From contig JAZJXT010000001.1 of assembly GCA_040390725.1 (NCBI GenBank), positions 85,070 to 149,069 of the forward strand: a DNA stretch of 64,000 nucleotides, given 5' to 3'. The translations under genes were made by a program, and so were the position numbers. Positions 37,290 through 46,576 of this stretch are shown one piece after another. The notes beneath the pieces are model-generated. The model worked only from the letters and a program-made list of their open reading frames with translations, was not told the DNA's origin and did not search any database. Within the stretch, counting starts at the first letter, position 1. Each line of letters begins with the position of its first letter. The DNA comes from Patescibacteria group bacterium. Its GTDB lineage: Bacteria; Patescibacteriota; Minisyncoccia; Phycocordibacterales; UBA9973.

Positions 37290-38768
37290 ATGCCGAAACC
37301 TAATAGAGTTCAAATAATCAAATATGGTCCACCGCCACCGGAACTGCCTGTTTTTGGAAAGGTCAAGCCCGAGGAGGTTTCTTTTATTGGGCGTACTAAT
37401 TACGTGGCATCTTTAGAGGAAAAGAAATTTATTTTCGGAATGAAGCGTGTTGACCGTCGAAGACATTTGTATATTATAGGAAAGTCCGGAGTGGGCAAGA
37501 CAAAACTACTCGAGCTTTTTTTACGTCAGGATGTCAGCTATGGCCACGGGCTTTGCTTAATTGACCCGCACGGCGATGTCATCGACGCGATGTTGGACTA
37601 TATTCCAAAAGAACGTATCGATGATGTGTGTCTTATTGATCCTCCTGATTTGGAATTCCCGGCATCTTTTAATCCTTTGGCAAATGTCGACCCACTTTTT
37701 AAATTTCAATTGACTCAAGGTTTGATTGAAGTTTTCCAAAAGCAATTCGGCGCGAATTGGACGCCTCGTCTCGAACACGTTTTCCGTTTTACTTGTTTGG
37801 CGCTTTTGGATTATCCGCATGCTACGATGCGCGGAATGATTTCGATGTTGACGGACAGAAATTACAGACAGAAAGTCGTTGAGTATATCACTGACGATAT
37901 GGTGAAAAGATTCTTCGCTATCGAATTCGCGGATTGGTCGGAGAAATTCGACACTGACGCCATCATCCCGCTCGTGAACAAGCTCGGTCAATTTCTTTCC
38001 GATCCTTTGCTTCGAAATATTTTCGGACAGAAGCAAAACAAAATAGATATCAGCGACCTGATGAACAATAGGAAAATTATTTTGATTAATCTTTCAAAAG
38101 GACGACTCGGTGAAGAAAATTCTTCTTTTTTGGGTTCCATATTTTTGACTAAAATAAAACAAGCGGGTATGGAGCGTGCTTCTATGCCGGAGAGTGCCCG
38201 TAAGGATTTTTATATTTATGTGGACGAGTTCCAAAACGTCGTCACTCAGACTTTCGAAAACATTCTCTCTGAGGCTAGGAAATACGGTTTGAATTTAACA
38301 ATGGCACATCAATACGTCGGGCAGATTATTCCTCAAGTTCACAAAGCTGTGCTCGGTAACTGCGGAAGTATTATTACTTTTCGTATTTCCGGTGAAGACG
38401 CGGTAAAAATGAAGCCGGAATTCGCGCCCTTGTTTGATGTCAAAGACATGATCAACCTCGCCGTCGGGGAATTTTATATTAAAATGACAATTGACGGGGA
38501 ATCTTATGATCCATTTTCTGCTGAGACTTTGCGAGTATTGCCTCCAAATCATCCATCTTACAGACAAGAAATCGTGGATGCTTCACATAGAAAATATTCT
38601 ATCTCCAGAGATGACGCGGCAAAATTAATTGCTGCCGAAGAAGCGACTATTATCCGAAGCGCCGAAGAAAAAGCTATTATTGAAGGCAAGGGCAAAGTTA
38701 ATGTGTCCGAAGATACTGCGAAGGAAGAGCTACCAAAAGCTTCCCAAGAAGCTGAGCCTATGATATAA
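37290..38768 (+). CDS. orphan P-loop ATPase of the TraG/VirD4/HerA-FtsK type (type IV secretion DNA-binding-domain-like), no TM
   Basis: Walker A (IIGKSGVGKTKLL); Walker B (FYIYVDEFQNV); 492 aa; all-soluble; no adjacent T4SS genes. Confidence 0.5.
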   Translation: MPKPNRVQIIKYGPPPPELPVFGKVKPEEVSFIGRTNYVASLEEKKFIFGMKRVDRRRHLYIIGKSGVGKTKLLELFLRQDVSYGHGLCLIDPHGDVIDAMLDYIPKERIDDVCLIDPPDLEFPASFNPLANVDPLFKFQLTQGLIEVFQKQFGANWTPRLEHVFRFTCLALLDYPHATMRGMISMLTDRNYRQKVVEYITDDMVKRFFAIEFADWSEKFDTDAIIPLVNKLGQFLSDPLLRNIFGQKQNKIDISDLMNNRKIILINLSKGRLGEENSSFLGSIFLTKIKQAGMERASMPESARKDFYIYVDEFQNVVTQTFENILSEARKYGLNLTMAHQYVGQIIPQVHKAVLGNCGSIITFRISGEDAVKMKPEFAPLFDVKDMINLAVGEFYIKMTIDGESYDPFSAETLRVLPPNHPSYRQEIVDASHRKYSISRDDAAKLIAAEEATIIRSAEEKAIIEGKGKVNVSEDTAKEELPKASQEAEPMI

Positions 38769-38778
38769 ATAAAAATAT

Positions 38779-39882
38779 ATGAAAAAAGATTATTATGAAA
38801 TTTTAGGAGTAAATAAAGGCGCCTCAAAAGACGAGCTGAAAAAAGCTTTTCATAAGATGGCGCACAAATACCATCCTGATAAAAAAGAAGGAGATGAGAA
38901 GAAATTCAAAGAGGTAAATGAAGCCTACCAGACTCTTTCTGATGACCAAAAACGAGCAAAATACGACCAATTTGGGGCAAATTATGAGAATGCGGGCTTT
39001 GGTGGTCAAAGTCAGGGTGGATATCAACAAGGCGGTTTTGGCGGCTTTGATTTTTCTGGTTTTCAACAAGGTGGTGGACAGGATTTTGACTTTGGAAATT
39101 TAAATGATATTTTTTCTGATTTTTTTACAGGAGGAATGGGTGGAGGCAGAGCGCAAGCACGCAGAGGGCGAGACATTTCTACTGAAATACAAATTACTTT
39201 TGCTGATGCTATTTTCGGCGTAGAGAGGAAAATTTTAATTACTAAAACTTCAAATTGCAATACTTGCAATGCAACAGGCGCAAAACCCGGCACGAAAATG
39301 GAAACTTGCAAGAAATGCAATGGTCAAGGAAAAATCCACGAAGCGAAAAGGACAATCTTGGGAACTATTTCCAGCACAAAACTTTGCGAGGAATGCTTGG
39401 GCGCGGGTGAAGTGCCAAAAGAAAAATGTGATAAATGTCACGGTAAAGGGGTTTTGAGAAAAGAGGAAGAAATTTCCCTCGCCGTGCCTGCGGGTATTCG
39501 CGATGGCGAGATGGTGCGCATGACTGGTATGGGAGAGGCAATTTCAAAAGGCACGCCTGGCGACCTTTACATAAAAATAAATGTCGCATCGCATAATATT
39601 TTCAAACGCGAAGGCAATGACTTGGCAATGAATTTAAATTTGAGACTTTCTGATGCATTACTAGGTACTGAATATGCTATTCAAACTCTCGACGGGGAAG
39701 TCAAAGTGCAAATCCCAGAAGGCATTTCTATCAACGAAATTCTACGCGTAAAGGGCAAAGGTGTGCCTTATACCAAGGGTAAACGTGGCGACCTTTTAAT
39801 AAAACTAAATATAAAACTTCCATCCAAAATCTCTCGCAAATCCCGCGAGCTCATAGAGGAACTCAAAAAAGAGGGGATTTAA
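38779..39882 (+). CDS. dnaJ: molecular chaperone DnaJ
   Basis: J domain (DYYEILGV...HPDK); G/F-rich linker; four CxxCxGxG zinc-finger repeats; C-terminal domains. Confidence 0.92.
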   Translation: MKKDYYEILGVNKGASKDELKKAFHKMAHKYHPDKKEGDEKKFKEVNEAYQTLSDDQKRAKYDQFGANYENAGFGGQSQGGYQQGGFGGFDFSGFQQGGGQDFDFGNLNDIFSDFFTGGMGGGRAQARRGRDISTEIQITFADAIFGVERKILITKTSNCNTCNATGAKPGTKMETCKKCNGQGKIHEAKRTILGTISSTKLCEECLGAGEVPKEKCDKCHGKGVLRKEEEISLAVPAGIRDGEMVRMTGMGEAISKGTPGDLYIKINVASHNIFKREGNDLAMNLNLRLSDALLGTEYAIQTLDGEVKVQIPEGISINEILRVKGKGVPYTKGKRGDLLIKLNIKLPSKISRKSRELIEELKKEGI

Positions 39883-39928
39883 AATTATGCTTTCTGAGTA
39901 ATTTATTTAAATGTGATATAATATAAAT

Positions 39929-40192
39929 ATGAGTACAATTTTGCAATCCCAAATATTCTTTTTTATTTCTTCAGTCGGCTTTGTTTTATTGTGGAGCTTA
40001 GTCGCGGTTTTTTTGTATTACCTCATACGTGCTACGGATACATTTTCTAGAATCATGAGCAAGATAGAAAAAAATATAGATGATATAGGTGACACCACTA
40101 AAGATTTATTGGAAGACTTGCGAGATAATCCAGTATTTCGTTTTCTGGTTGGGAAAAAGAAACAGAGCCCAAAAAAGCATCATAAGAAGTAA
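39929..40192 (+). CDS. small membrane-anchored hypothetical protein
   Basis: N-terminal TM, acidic coiled segment, basic C-terminal tail; terminator immediately downstream. Confidence 0.4.
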   Translation: MSTILQSQIFFFISSVGFVLLWSLVAVFLYYLIRATDTFSRIMSKIEKNIDDIGDTTKDLLEDLRDNPVFRFLVGKKKQSPKKHHKK

Positions 40193-40210
40193 AAATTTAT
40201 TAGTAACTTG

Positions 40211-40230
40211 CCCCGCGGTGGCGGGGTTTT
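40211..40230 (+). terminator. rho-independent terminator
   Basis: ccccgc-ggtg-gcgggg followed by tttt. Confidence 0.7.
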
Positions 40231-40238
40231 AAAAAAAT

Positions 40239-40517
40239 ATGAAAAAAAATACAAATAAAAAAAGTGCAAAAGGGGGGATGTCGGGCGGTAAGATGTTAGC
40301 AGTGAGTGCGGGGGTAGCAGCCCTAGGCGCAGGAGCGTATTATTTATTGGGTCCAAAATCAAAAGTTCATCAAAAGAAAGCCTCAGCTTTGGTGTCTAAG
40401 GTTAAAAAAGATATAGTAAGTGAGATTAAAAGAGATATTAAAAAAGCAAGACCTCTTGTGAAGAAAGTTATTAAAAAAGTCACTAATACAAAAAAGGCTA
40501 AAGTTTCAAAGAAATAA
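40239..40517 (+). CDS. YtxH-like small Lys-rich protein
   Basis: GKMLAVSAGVAALGAGAYYLLGPKS resembles the YtxH/general stress protein N-terminus; Lys-rich helical tail. Confidence 0.45.
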   Translation: MKKNTNKKSAKGGMSGGKMLAVSAGVAALGAGAYYLLGPKSKVHQKKASALVSKVKKDIVSEIKRDIKKARPLVKKVIKKVTNTKKAKVSKK

Positions 40518-40537
40518 TAATTTATTTCAATATCTTG

Positions 40538-40610
40538 AGCCGGCAGGGGGATTCGAACCCGCGACCTTCGCTTTACAAAAGCGTTGCTCTACCAACTGAG
40601 CTATGCCGGC
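40538..40610 (-). tRNA. tRNA-Thr (anticodon TGT)
   Basis: Reverse complement GCCGGCATAGCTCAGTTGGTAGAGCAACGCTTTTGTAAAGCGAAGGTCGCGGGTTCGAATCCCCCTGCCGGCT: 7-bp acceptor, D-arm, anticodon loop TTTGTAA, T-loop TTCGAAT; one T-stem mismatch by my reading. Confidence 0.8.
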
Positions 40611-40666
40611 GATTATTATAACGTTTTACCGGTATGGTTATTTTGGTGATTATTTGTTGTATATCT

Positions 40667-40762
40667 ACCAAGACAGCTATGCCGGCGATTTGTTTATTCA
40701 ATTTTCAATACTGCCACATTATGATTTCTTTTGCATCCTACCAAGACAGCTATACCGGCTTG
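40667..40762 (-). repeat. two degenerate partial copies of the tRNA-Thr 5' half (acceptor plus D-arm) at about 75-bp periodicity
   Basis: ctaccaagacagctatgccggcgatt (40667-40692) and ctaccaagacagctataccggctt (40739-40762), versus the tRNA's ctaccaactgagctatgccggcgatt (40589-40614). Confidence 0.6.
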
Positions 40763-40807
40763 TGTTTACATTCTACTTAAAATAAAATAAAAAGCAATTC
40801 TTAATTT

Positions 40808-41233
40808 TTATTTTATACCTTCCTCTTCTTTTATCCTATGTTTTATCTTTTGTATTTTTTGTTTGTACTCTGATATTGTTTTCAAGAATCCGGAAATTTC
40901 TTTTTGTTTTATTGCTTTTTCTTTTTGTGGAATATATCTATTGATAGTATTTTTTGCTTTTATTGTTAACTCTTGATGTTTCTTTTTAAGAAAATTATGA
41001 GTCAGTATATATGAACGAAGAGTGATCACCAGTGCAATAAATCCATATCTTTTTGCGTGCTTCATTACTACGTATTTTGCATCTTCTAAGTTCGGTATTT
41101 CAAATAAAAATTTCTCTGCATCTATTACTTGTATGTCTACAGCAAAATTTTGCCTTAATTTTAATACTTTTCGTCCTATCATTAGGATTATCCCTGCAAG
41201 CGATGCGAAAAATAAAATTAATTCTATTTGCAT
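40808..41233 (-). CDS. hypothetical membrane-anchored Lys-rich coiled-coil protein
   Basis: N-terminal TM, second hydrophobic segment, Lys-rich helical C-terminus; upstream of tsf. Confidence 0.4.
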   Translation of the reverse strand: MQIELILFFASLAGIILMIGRKVLKLRQNFAVDIQVIDAEKFLFEIPNLEDAKYVVMKHAKRYGFIALVITLRSYILTHNFLKKKHQELTIKAKNTINRYIPQKEKAIKQKEISGFLKTISEYKQKIQKIKHRIKEEEGIK

Positions 41234-41245
41234 ATTTTTATATAT

Positions 41246-42025
41246 TTAGATTGAATAACGCTTTACTTCTTTGATTGTCGCTTTGTTTTTTTCTAAAAGT
41301 TTACCAATAGTTTCATCAGGATTCTTTATAAATGGCTGGTCCATCAATGTTTTTTCTTTGAAGTATGTCGCTATCTTACCATCGAGTATTTTCTTTTTTA
41401 TTTCTTCAGGCTTGTCGGAGCTTGCAACTTCTTTTTCAAAAATTTCCATCATCATTTTCTTTGCGTTTTCATCTATCTCAGATGCAGAAATGTACTCTGG
41501 TCTCATGGCTGCTACGTGCATAGCTATATCTTTTGCAAGGTCAGCGTTGCCACCTTCGAGAGACACAACCACAGCCATTTTGCTGTTGTGCACATAATTT
41601 CCTAAAACATTTCCTTCTATCATGAAAGAATCACCGAGCTGGATATTTTCACCAGTTTTTTGGATGATTTGATCGATCATTTCTTTTGAATTTGCTTTCA
41701 TTACTTCGATTCCTTCTGAAAGCGCCTTGTTTGCAAGGTTATTTAAAAGGGAAGTGAAGTCATCATTCCTAGAAACGAAGTCAGTTTCGCAGTGTAAAGC
41801 CACAAGCACAGCTTTGTTGCCTTCAGATTTTACAGCTACCGCGCCGTCTTTGGCTTCACGGTCAGCCTTTTTTAGAGCGATATCAGAGCTAGTCTTTTTT
41901 AAGATAGCTAGAGCTTTGGTCATGTCGCCTTCGGCTTCTTCTAGTGCGCGCTTGCATTGCATAACAGAGATGCCAGTAGCGTCTCTCAATTCTTTTATGA
42001 GTTCTGTGGTTATTGCGATAGACAT
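41246..42025 (-). CDS. tsf: translation elongation factor Ts
   Basis: N-terminal UBA-like (LIKELRDATGISVMQCKRALEEAEGDMTKA); dimerisation core; downstream of rpsB. Confidence 0.9.
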   Translation of the reverse strand: MSIAITTELIKELRDATGISVMQCKRALEEAEGDMTKALAILKKTSSDIALKKADREAKDGAVAVKSEGNKAVLVALHCETDFVSRNDDFTSLLNNLANKALSEGIEVMKANSKEMIDQIIQKTGENIQLGDSFMIEGNVLGNYVHNSKMAVVVSLEGGNADLAKDIAMHVAAMRPEYISASEIDENAKKMMMEIFEKEVASSDKPEEIKKKILDGKIATYFKEKTLMDQPFIKNPDETIGKLLEKNKATIKEVKRYSI

Positions 42026-42030
42026 AATTT

Positions 42031-42780
42031 TTATTCTTTTGTTGGTACTGATAATTGACCGGCTTTGTAGGCTTTTACAACTTTGTCAGTAAAGAATTTG
42101 ATAGACGGAATAGATGCGTCATTGCCGACGATAGGGTAGTCGAGAGTTTTTATGTTAGTATCAGAATTAACCAATGATATTACAGGTACGCCTGTCTTGC
42201 GAGCTTCAGTAGCAGCGATGTGTTCTGCTTTTGCATCCACTACATATACAGCATCAGGGATTTTCTTCAAATCAACTAGACCTGAATAGTATTTTGAAAG
42301 TCTTTCCATTTTCTTTGCCATTACAACTCTTTCTTTCTTTGTGTATTTTTCAAGATTACCCTCGGCACTGTCCTTGCGGTAATTTACGAGTTCCATAATT
42401 CTTTTTTTAATTTCTACGAAGTTACTGAATGTTCCACCAATCCATCGTTCTACGACATAAGGCATATTCAGAGCTTCAGCTGCATTTTTTACAACTTCAC
42501 GAGCTTCAGGCTTTGTGCCGACAAAAAGAATAGTTTTATTTCGAGAACCCAAGCCTTTTACGAACTCTTCTGTAGTGCCGAGCATTACACTTGTCTTTTC
42601 AAGGTCGATAATATCTGTTTTGTTTTTTGTAGCGTAAATATATGAAGCCACAGAAGGGTGCCTGCGGGTTTTTGAATAACCATAATGTGCTCCTGCTTGG
42701 AACATATCCTCCACTAAACTATCTTTATTTTCTATTTTTTGCATAGGTTTTATATTAGCAGAAAGCCATATATTTTGCAA
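42031..42780 (-). CDS. rpsB: 30S ribosomal protein S2
   Basis: FQAGAHYGYSKTRRHPSVASYIY (S2 signature region); 249 aa; rpsB-tsf order. Confidence 0.92.
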   Translation of the reverse strand: MQNIWLSANIKPMQKIENKDSLVEDMFQAGAHYGYSKTRRHPSVASYIYATKNKTDIIDLEKTSVMLGTTEEFVKGLGSRNKTILFVGTKPEAREVVKNAAEALNMPYVVERWIGGTFSNFVEIKKRIMELVNYRKDSAEGNLEKYTKKERVVMAKKMERLSKYYSGLVDLKKIPDAVYVVDAKAEHIAATEARKTGVPVISLVNSDTNIKTLDYPIVGNDASIPSIKFFTDKVVKAYKAGQLSVPTKE

Positions 42781-42835
42781 ATTTAAAAATTGGGTAAAAA
42801 TTAAGGGACCCTATTGGATCCCTTTGTTCGATGTC

Positions 42836-43342
42836 CTACTGTTTGGTCCAGTAGATTATTTTTTTCTTGTTTTCTGTGAATTCTATTTCGGGCATCCCGT
42901 CACAGTTTTCACAGTTCAACAAGGAGTTAAGTTCCTTGTCTCTTGAAAATATAAAATTTATTGCGTGGAAATCGTATCCATAGTAGCTAAACAGCCAAAC
43001 TACGAAAACGGTATCTCCATAATTTTCAATTTCGAGAACTTTTTTCCCCGCGGAATCTTTTTTTCTCCAGACATTGGTGAACCCTGGGGCTGGAGTTTTT
43101 ATTACTGGTAGAAATGAATCTTCCAGGCTGTAGAGGCCTATGTCATCATATTCAGCATCGTTATAATACTCGGCAAGCATCACCGAGTCTATTATTTCTT
43201 GCTGGACCTCGGTTTTGGCTTGTGTATTTAGAGCCAATGTCATCATGGAATCCATGTCTGGGTTCAAATGGTTTTGTGCCGATGAAGTAGACGTCAATGA
43301 CAAAGTCATTGTAAGGCAGATTAAGAACAAATTTTTTTTCAT
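42836..43342 (-). CDS. hypothetical secreted protein
   Basis: Signal peptide (MKKNLFLICLTMTLSLTSTSSA); acidic region; C-terminal CENCDG. Confidence 0.45.
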   Translation of the reverse strand: MKKNLFLICLTMTLSLTSTSSAQNHLNPDMDSMMTLALNTQAKTEVQQEIIDSVMLAEYYNDAEYDDIGLYSLEDSFLPVIKTPAPGFTNVWRKKDSAGKKVLEIENYGDTVFVVWLFSYYGYDFHAINFIFSRDKELNSLLNCENCDGMPEIEFTENKKKIIYWTKQ

Positions 43343-43458
43343 TGTGTTTTACTTTTATGTGTGAAAAATGTGTGAAAATAATTTAATCTGTATTGGAGAA
43401 TATCATATTTTTATAATAAAACAAGGGCTTTGCCAAAAAATGTTTTTTCGGTTAAGAT

Positions 43459-44736
43459 GTGAGGATGACTAAAGGAACGCGACAATCACAACTTTTTACT
43501 AAAACGAGGAAAGATGCCCCGGCGGACGAGGTATCCAAGAACGCCGAGCTTTTGACTCGCGGTGGATTTATCCACAAGGAAATGGCGGGTGTTTATACAT
43601 ATTTGCCGTTAGGTTTACGCGTATTAAAAAAGATTGAAAATATAATTCGTGACGAAGTGAATTCTGTCGGAGCGCAAGAAGTCTCGATGACGGCGTTACA
43701 GAATCCTGAACTTTGGAAAAAGACGGACAGATGGAATGATGAAGTCGTGGATAATTGGTTCAAGACAAAATTAAAAAATGATACCGAGCTCGGCCTCGCA
43801 TTTTCACACGAAGAGCCGTTGGTAAATATGCTGACGAATTTTATTTCTTCTTATAAAGATTTACCTTTGTCTGTTTATCAATTCCAAACAAAATTTCGAA
43901 ATGAACTTCGTGCCAAGTCAGGCATTTTGCGTGGGCGAGAATTCTTGATGAAGGATATGTATTCTTTTAACACGACACAAGAAGACTTCGATTCTTTTTA
44001 TGAAAAGATGAAAATTGTTTATAAGAATATTTTTCAAAAAGTCGGTATCGGACACATTACATATTTAACATTTGCATCGGGCGGAATTTTTTCAAAGTAC
44101 TCACACGAATTTCAGACCTTGACTTCTGCTGGAGAGGATACTATTTATGTAGACGAAGCTACTTCGATAGCAGTAAATCAAGAAGTTTTTAATGACGAAG
44201 TTTTGGCTAATTTAAATTTGGAAAAAGAAAAATTAGTGGAGCACAAGGCCATAGAGGTTGGTAATATTTTTGAATTGAAAACCAAGTTTTCCAAGCCTTT
44301 TGATTTATCTTATGTTGATGAAAAAGGTGAGAAGCATGAGGTTTTAATGGGTTGTTATGGCATAGGTGTCGGGCGACTTATGGGTACTGTTGTAGAAGCT
44401 CTTGCAGATGATAAAGGTATTATTTGGCCGGAATCTATTGCTCCGTTTAAAGTTCATTTGCTTATGTTGGGTGATGACGAAGAAGTAAAAAAACGAGCAG
44501 ATGAAGTATTTGAAACTTTACAGAAAAATAATATTGAAGTTTTGTTTGATGATAGAGTTGGGCTTTCTGCCGGAGAGAAATTTGCTGATGCTGATTTACT
44601 AGGTATGCCTTATCGCGCGGTGATTTCTGCGCGAAGTATTAAGGAGGATGGAGTTGAAATAAAAAAGAGAAATGAAGAAAAAGGAAAAGTTATTAACATG
44701 GAAGAACTTTTAAAATTACTAGCACCTAATCACTAG
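43459..44736 (+). CDS. proS: prolyl-tRNA synthetase (class II, short form without editing insertion)
   Basis: Motif 2 (FQTKFRNELRAKSGILRGREFLMKDMYSF) matches the ProRS FRDE..GLMRGREF.MKD.YSF; motif 3 and C-terminal anticodon-binding domain. Confidence 0.8.
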   Translation: MRMTKGTRQSQLFTKTRKDAPADEVSKNAELLTRGGFIHKEMAGVYTYLPLGLRVLKKIENIIRDEVNSVGAQEVSMTALQNPELWKKTDRWNDEVVDNWFKTKLKNDTELGLAFSHEEPLVNMLTNFISSYKDLPLSVYQFQTKFRNELRAKSGILRGREFLMKDMYSFNTTQEDFDSFYEKMKIVYKNIFQKVGIGHITYLTFASGGIFSKYSHEFQTLTSAGEDTIYVDEATSIAVNQEVFNDEVLANLNLEKEKLVEHKAIEVGNIFELKTKFSKPFDLSYVDEKGEKHEVLMGCYGIGVGRLMGTVVEALADDKGIIWPESIAPFKVHLLMLGDDEEVKKRADEVFETLQKNNIEVLFDDRVGLSAGEKFADADLLGMPYRAVISARSIKEDGVEIKKRNEEKGKVINMEELLKLLAPNH

Positions 44737-44757
44737 ATACTAGAACCTAATTATTTT

Positions 44758-45804
44758 ATGTTTGATAAAATTTACAAATTAATTTCAAATGACATCGGGA
44801 TAGACTTGGGTACTGCAAATACTTTGGTGTATTTGAAAGGGCACGGTATCGTGATTAACGAACCTTCTGTTGTAGCTGTGAATCAAAAGACAAATCAAAT
44901 CCTCGCTGTCGGCGCAAGCGCAAAAGAAATGCTGGGCAGAACCCCGGGACACATCAAGGCTATTCGTCCACTTGTGGATGGAGTTATTTCTGATTTTGAA
45001 GTGACAGAAGAAATGCTTTCATATTTGATAAATAAAGCAGATAAAATGTCTAAAAAAATGGCTCGCCCGCGCGTGGTCATCGGCGTGCCTTCTGGTACTA
45101 CTAATGTCGAGACTCGCGCTGTGTATGATGCAGCTAGGAATGCCGGAGCAAGGGAAGTGTATTTAGTAGAAGAGCCGATGGCTGCGGCTATTGGAATTCG
45201 TTTGCCCATCAAAGAACCTGTCGGCTCGATGATTATAGATATCGGCGGAGGCACTACGGACATTGCAGTTATTTCTCTTGGTGGAATTGTAAAATCTAAA
45301 AATTTAAAAATCGCCGGAGATAAATTAAACAATGACATCATTTCATATATGCGTGATGAATTTAAAATTTTAATCGGTGAGAAAACTGCCGAAGCTGTAA
45401 AGATGGCTATCGCTTCAGCTATTCCTGGTGAATATATGGAGACGGGTGTCCGTGGCAGGGATTTATTGACCGGTCTTCCGCGTGAAGTTGTCGTCACTGA
45501 TTCTGATATTCGTGAGGCTATTGCATTGTCAGTTAAAGAATTGGTAGAGGGGGTAAAGGATGTACTTGAAAATACGCCTCCGGAAATACTTTCAGATATT
45601 ATGCATCAAGGCATTACTCTTTCTGGAGGTGGGGCTTTGCTTTTAGGCTTGGATCAACTCTTGCAAAGTCATCTCAAAATCCCTGTTTACGTTGTAGATG
45701 ATCCTCTTTCTGCTGTCGCGCGAGGCACAGGAATTATTTTGGATGACATAGAATCTTATCGTGAAGTTTTGATCGGACATCAAAATGAGTTACCACCTAG
45801 ATAA
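44758..45804 (+). CDS. mreB: rod shape-determining protein MreB
   Basis: Actin-fold phosphate motifs (DIGIDLGTANTLVY; DIGGGTTDIAV); 348 aa. Confidence 0.93.
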   Translation: MFDKIYKLISNDIGIDLGTANTLVYLKGHGIVINEPSVVAVNQKTNQILAVGASAKEMLGRTPGHIKAIRPLVDGVISDFEVTEEMLSYLINKADKMSKKMARPRVVIGVPSGTTNVETRAVYDAARNAGAREVYLVEEPMAAAIGIRLPIKEPVGSMIIDIGGGTTDIAVISLGGIVKSKNLKIAGDKLNNDIISYMRDEFKILIGEKTAEAVKMAIASAIPGEYMETGVRGRDLLTGLPREVVVTDSDIREAIALSVKELVEGVKDVLENTPPEILSDIMHQGITLSGGGALLLGLDQLLQSHLKIPVYVVDDPLSAVARGTGIILDDIESYREVLIGHQNELPPR

Positions 45805-46576
45805 AAAAGCTAAACAGAAAAAACTTAAAAATATCGCTATCGGCGTAATTGTTTTATTGTTTCTAATTTATTTCCGAGCCGGGATTTTTGGCGGGCTTTC
45901 GACTGCTTCTCATTTTGTTTTTCGACCTGTGATTATTTTAGGCAATAATATAGGTGAAAAGTTTTCAAATACTCGAGCGTATTTTCTTTCAAAACATTCT
46001 CTACTTTTAGAAAATGAAAATTTAAAAACACAAATATCAGAAAGCGAAGCGTACAGAGCGAATTATGCTTTGGTTGTCGATGAAAATAATAAATTGAAAG
46101 AAACTTTAGGCAGGAAAAATGAAAAAATGAATTTTGTTCTTTCTGCGATTTTATCCAAGCCAAATCAATCACCGTATGATACTCTAATAATAGACGCAGG
46201 TAAAAATCAAAATATAAATATTGGCAATGTGGTTTTTGCATTAGGTGATGTACCTATCGGTAAAGTTGCCGAAGTTTATGCAAATTCTTCAAAAGTTATT
46301 TTATTTTCAAATCCGGGAGAAAAGACAGAAGTTGTTGTGGGAGCTAAAGATAGTTTTATGGAAATTGTCGGCCGAGGAGGAGGGAATTTTGAACTTATTT
46401 TACCGAGGGACTTTGTGTTAGATGCTGGCGCTGAAGTTCGTTTGCCGGGCATTAATCCATACATTTTGGCTGTGATGCAAACTATCGTATCCGACCCCCG
46501 CGACTCGTTCCAAAAAGCTCTTTTCACGAGTCCTGTAAACGTGCAAGAACTAAATTTTGTGGAGGTGGAAAAATAA
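45785..46576 (+). CDS. mreC: rod shape-determining protein MreC
   Basis: N-terminal TM, coiled coil, C-terminal beta domains; immediately downstream of and overlapping mreB. Confidence 0.8.
   Translation: MSYHLDKKAKQKKLKNIAIGVIVLLFLIYFRAGIFGGLSTASHFVFRPVIILGNNIGEKFSNTRAYFLSKHSLLLENENLKTQISESEAYRANYALVVDENNKLKETLGRKNEKMNFVLSAILSKPNQSPYDTLIIDAGKNQNINIGNVVFALGDVPIGKVAEVYANSSKVILFSNPGEKTEVVVGAKDSFMEIVGRGGGNFELILPRDFVLDAGAEVRLPGINPYILAVMQTIVSDPRDSFQKALFTSPVNVQELNFVEVEK

Noticed and set aside
40589-40765. CRISPR-like reading of the three tRNA-derived repeats (26-nt repeats, 46-52-nt spacers)
   Set aside because: Repeats are only about 85-90% identical to one another, the first is part of a functional tRNA, only three units exist, and no cas genes are present. 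tRNA-fragment duplication is the simpler explanation.
43357-43380. Tandem direct repeat atgtgtgaaaa x2 in the divergent promoter region upstream of proS
   Set aside because: Too short and AT-rich to distinguish from chance or a simple promoter element. No T-box or other leader features seen. Kept only as a note.
44895-45497. 200-aa antisense ORF inside mreB
   Set aside because: Shadow ORF of a highly conserved gene; unusual composition with no motifs.
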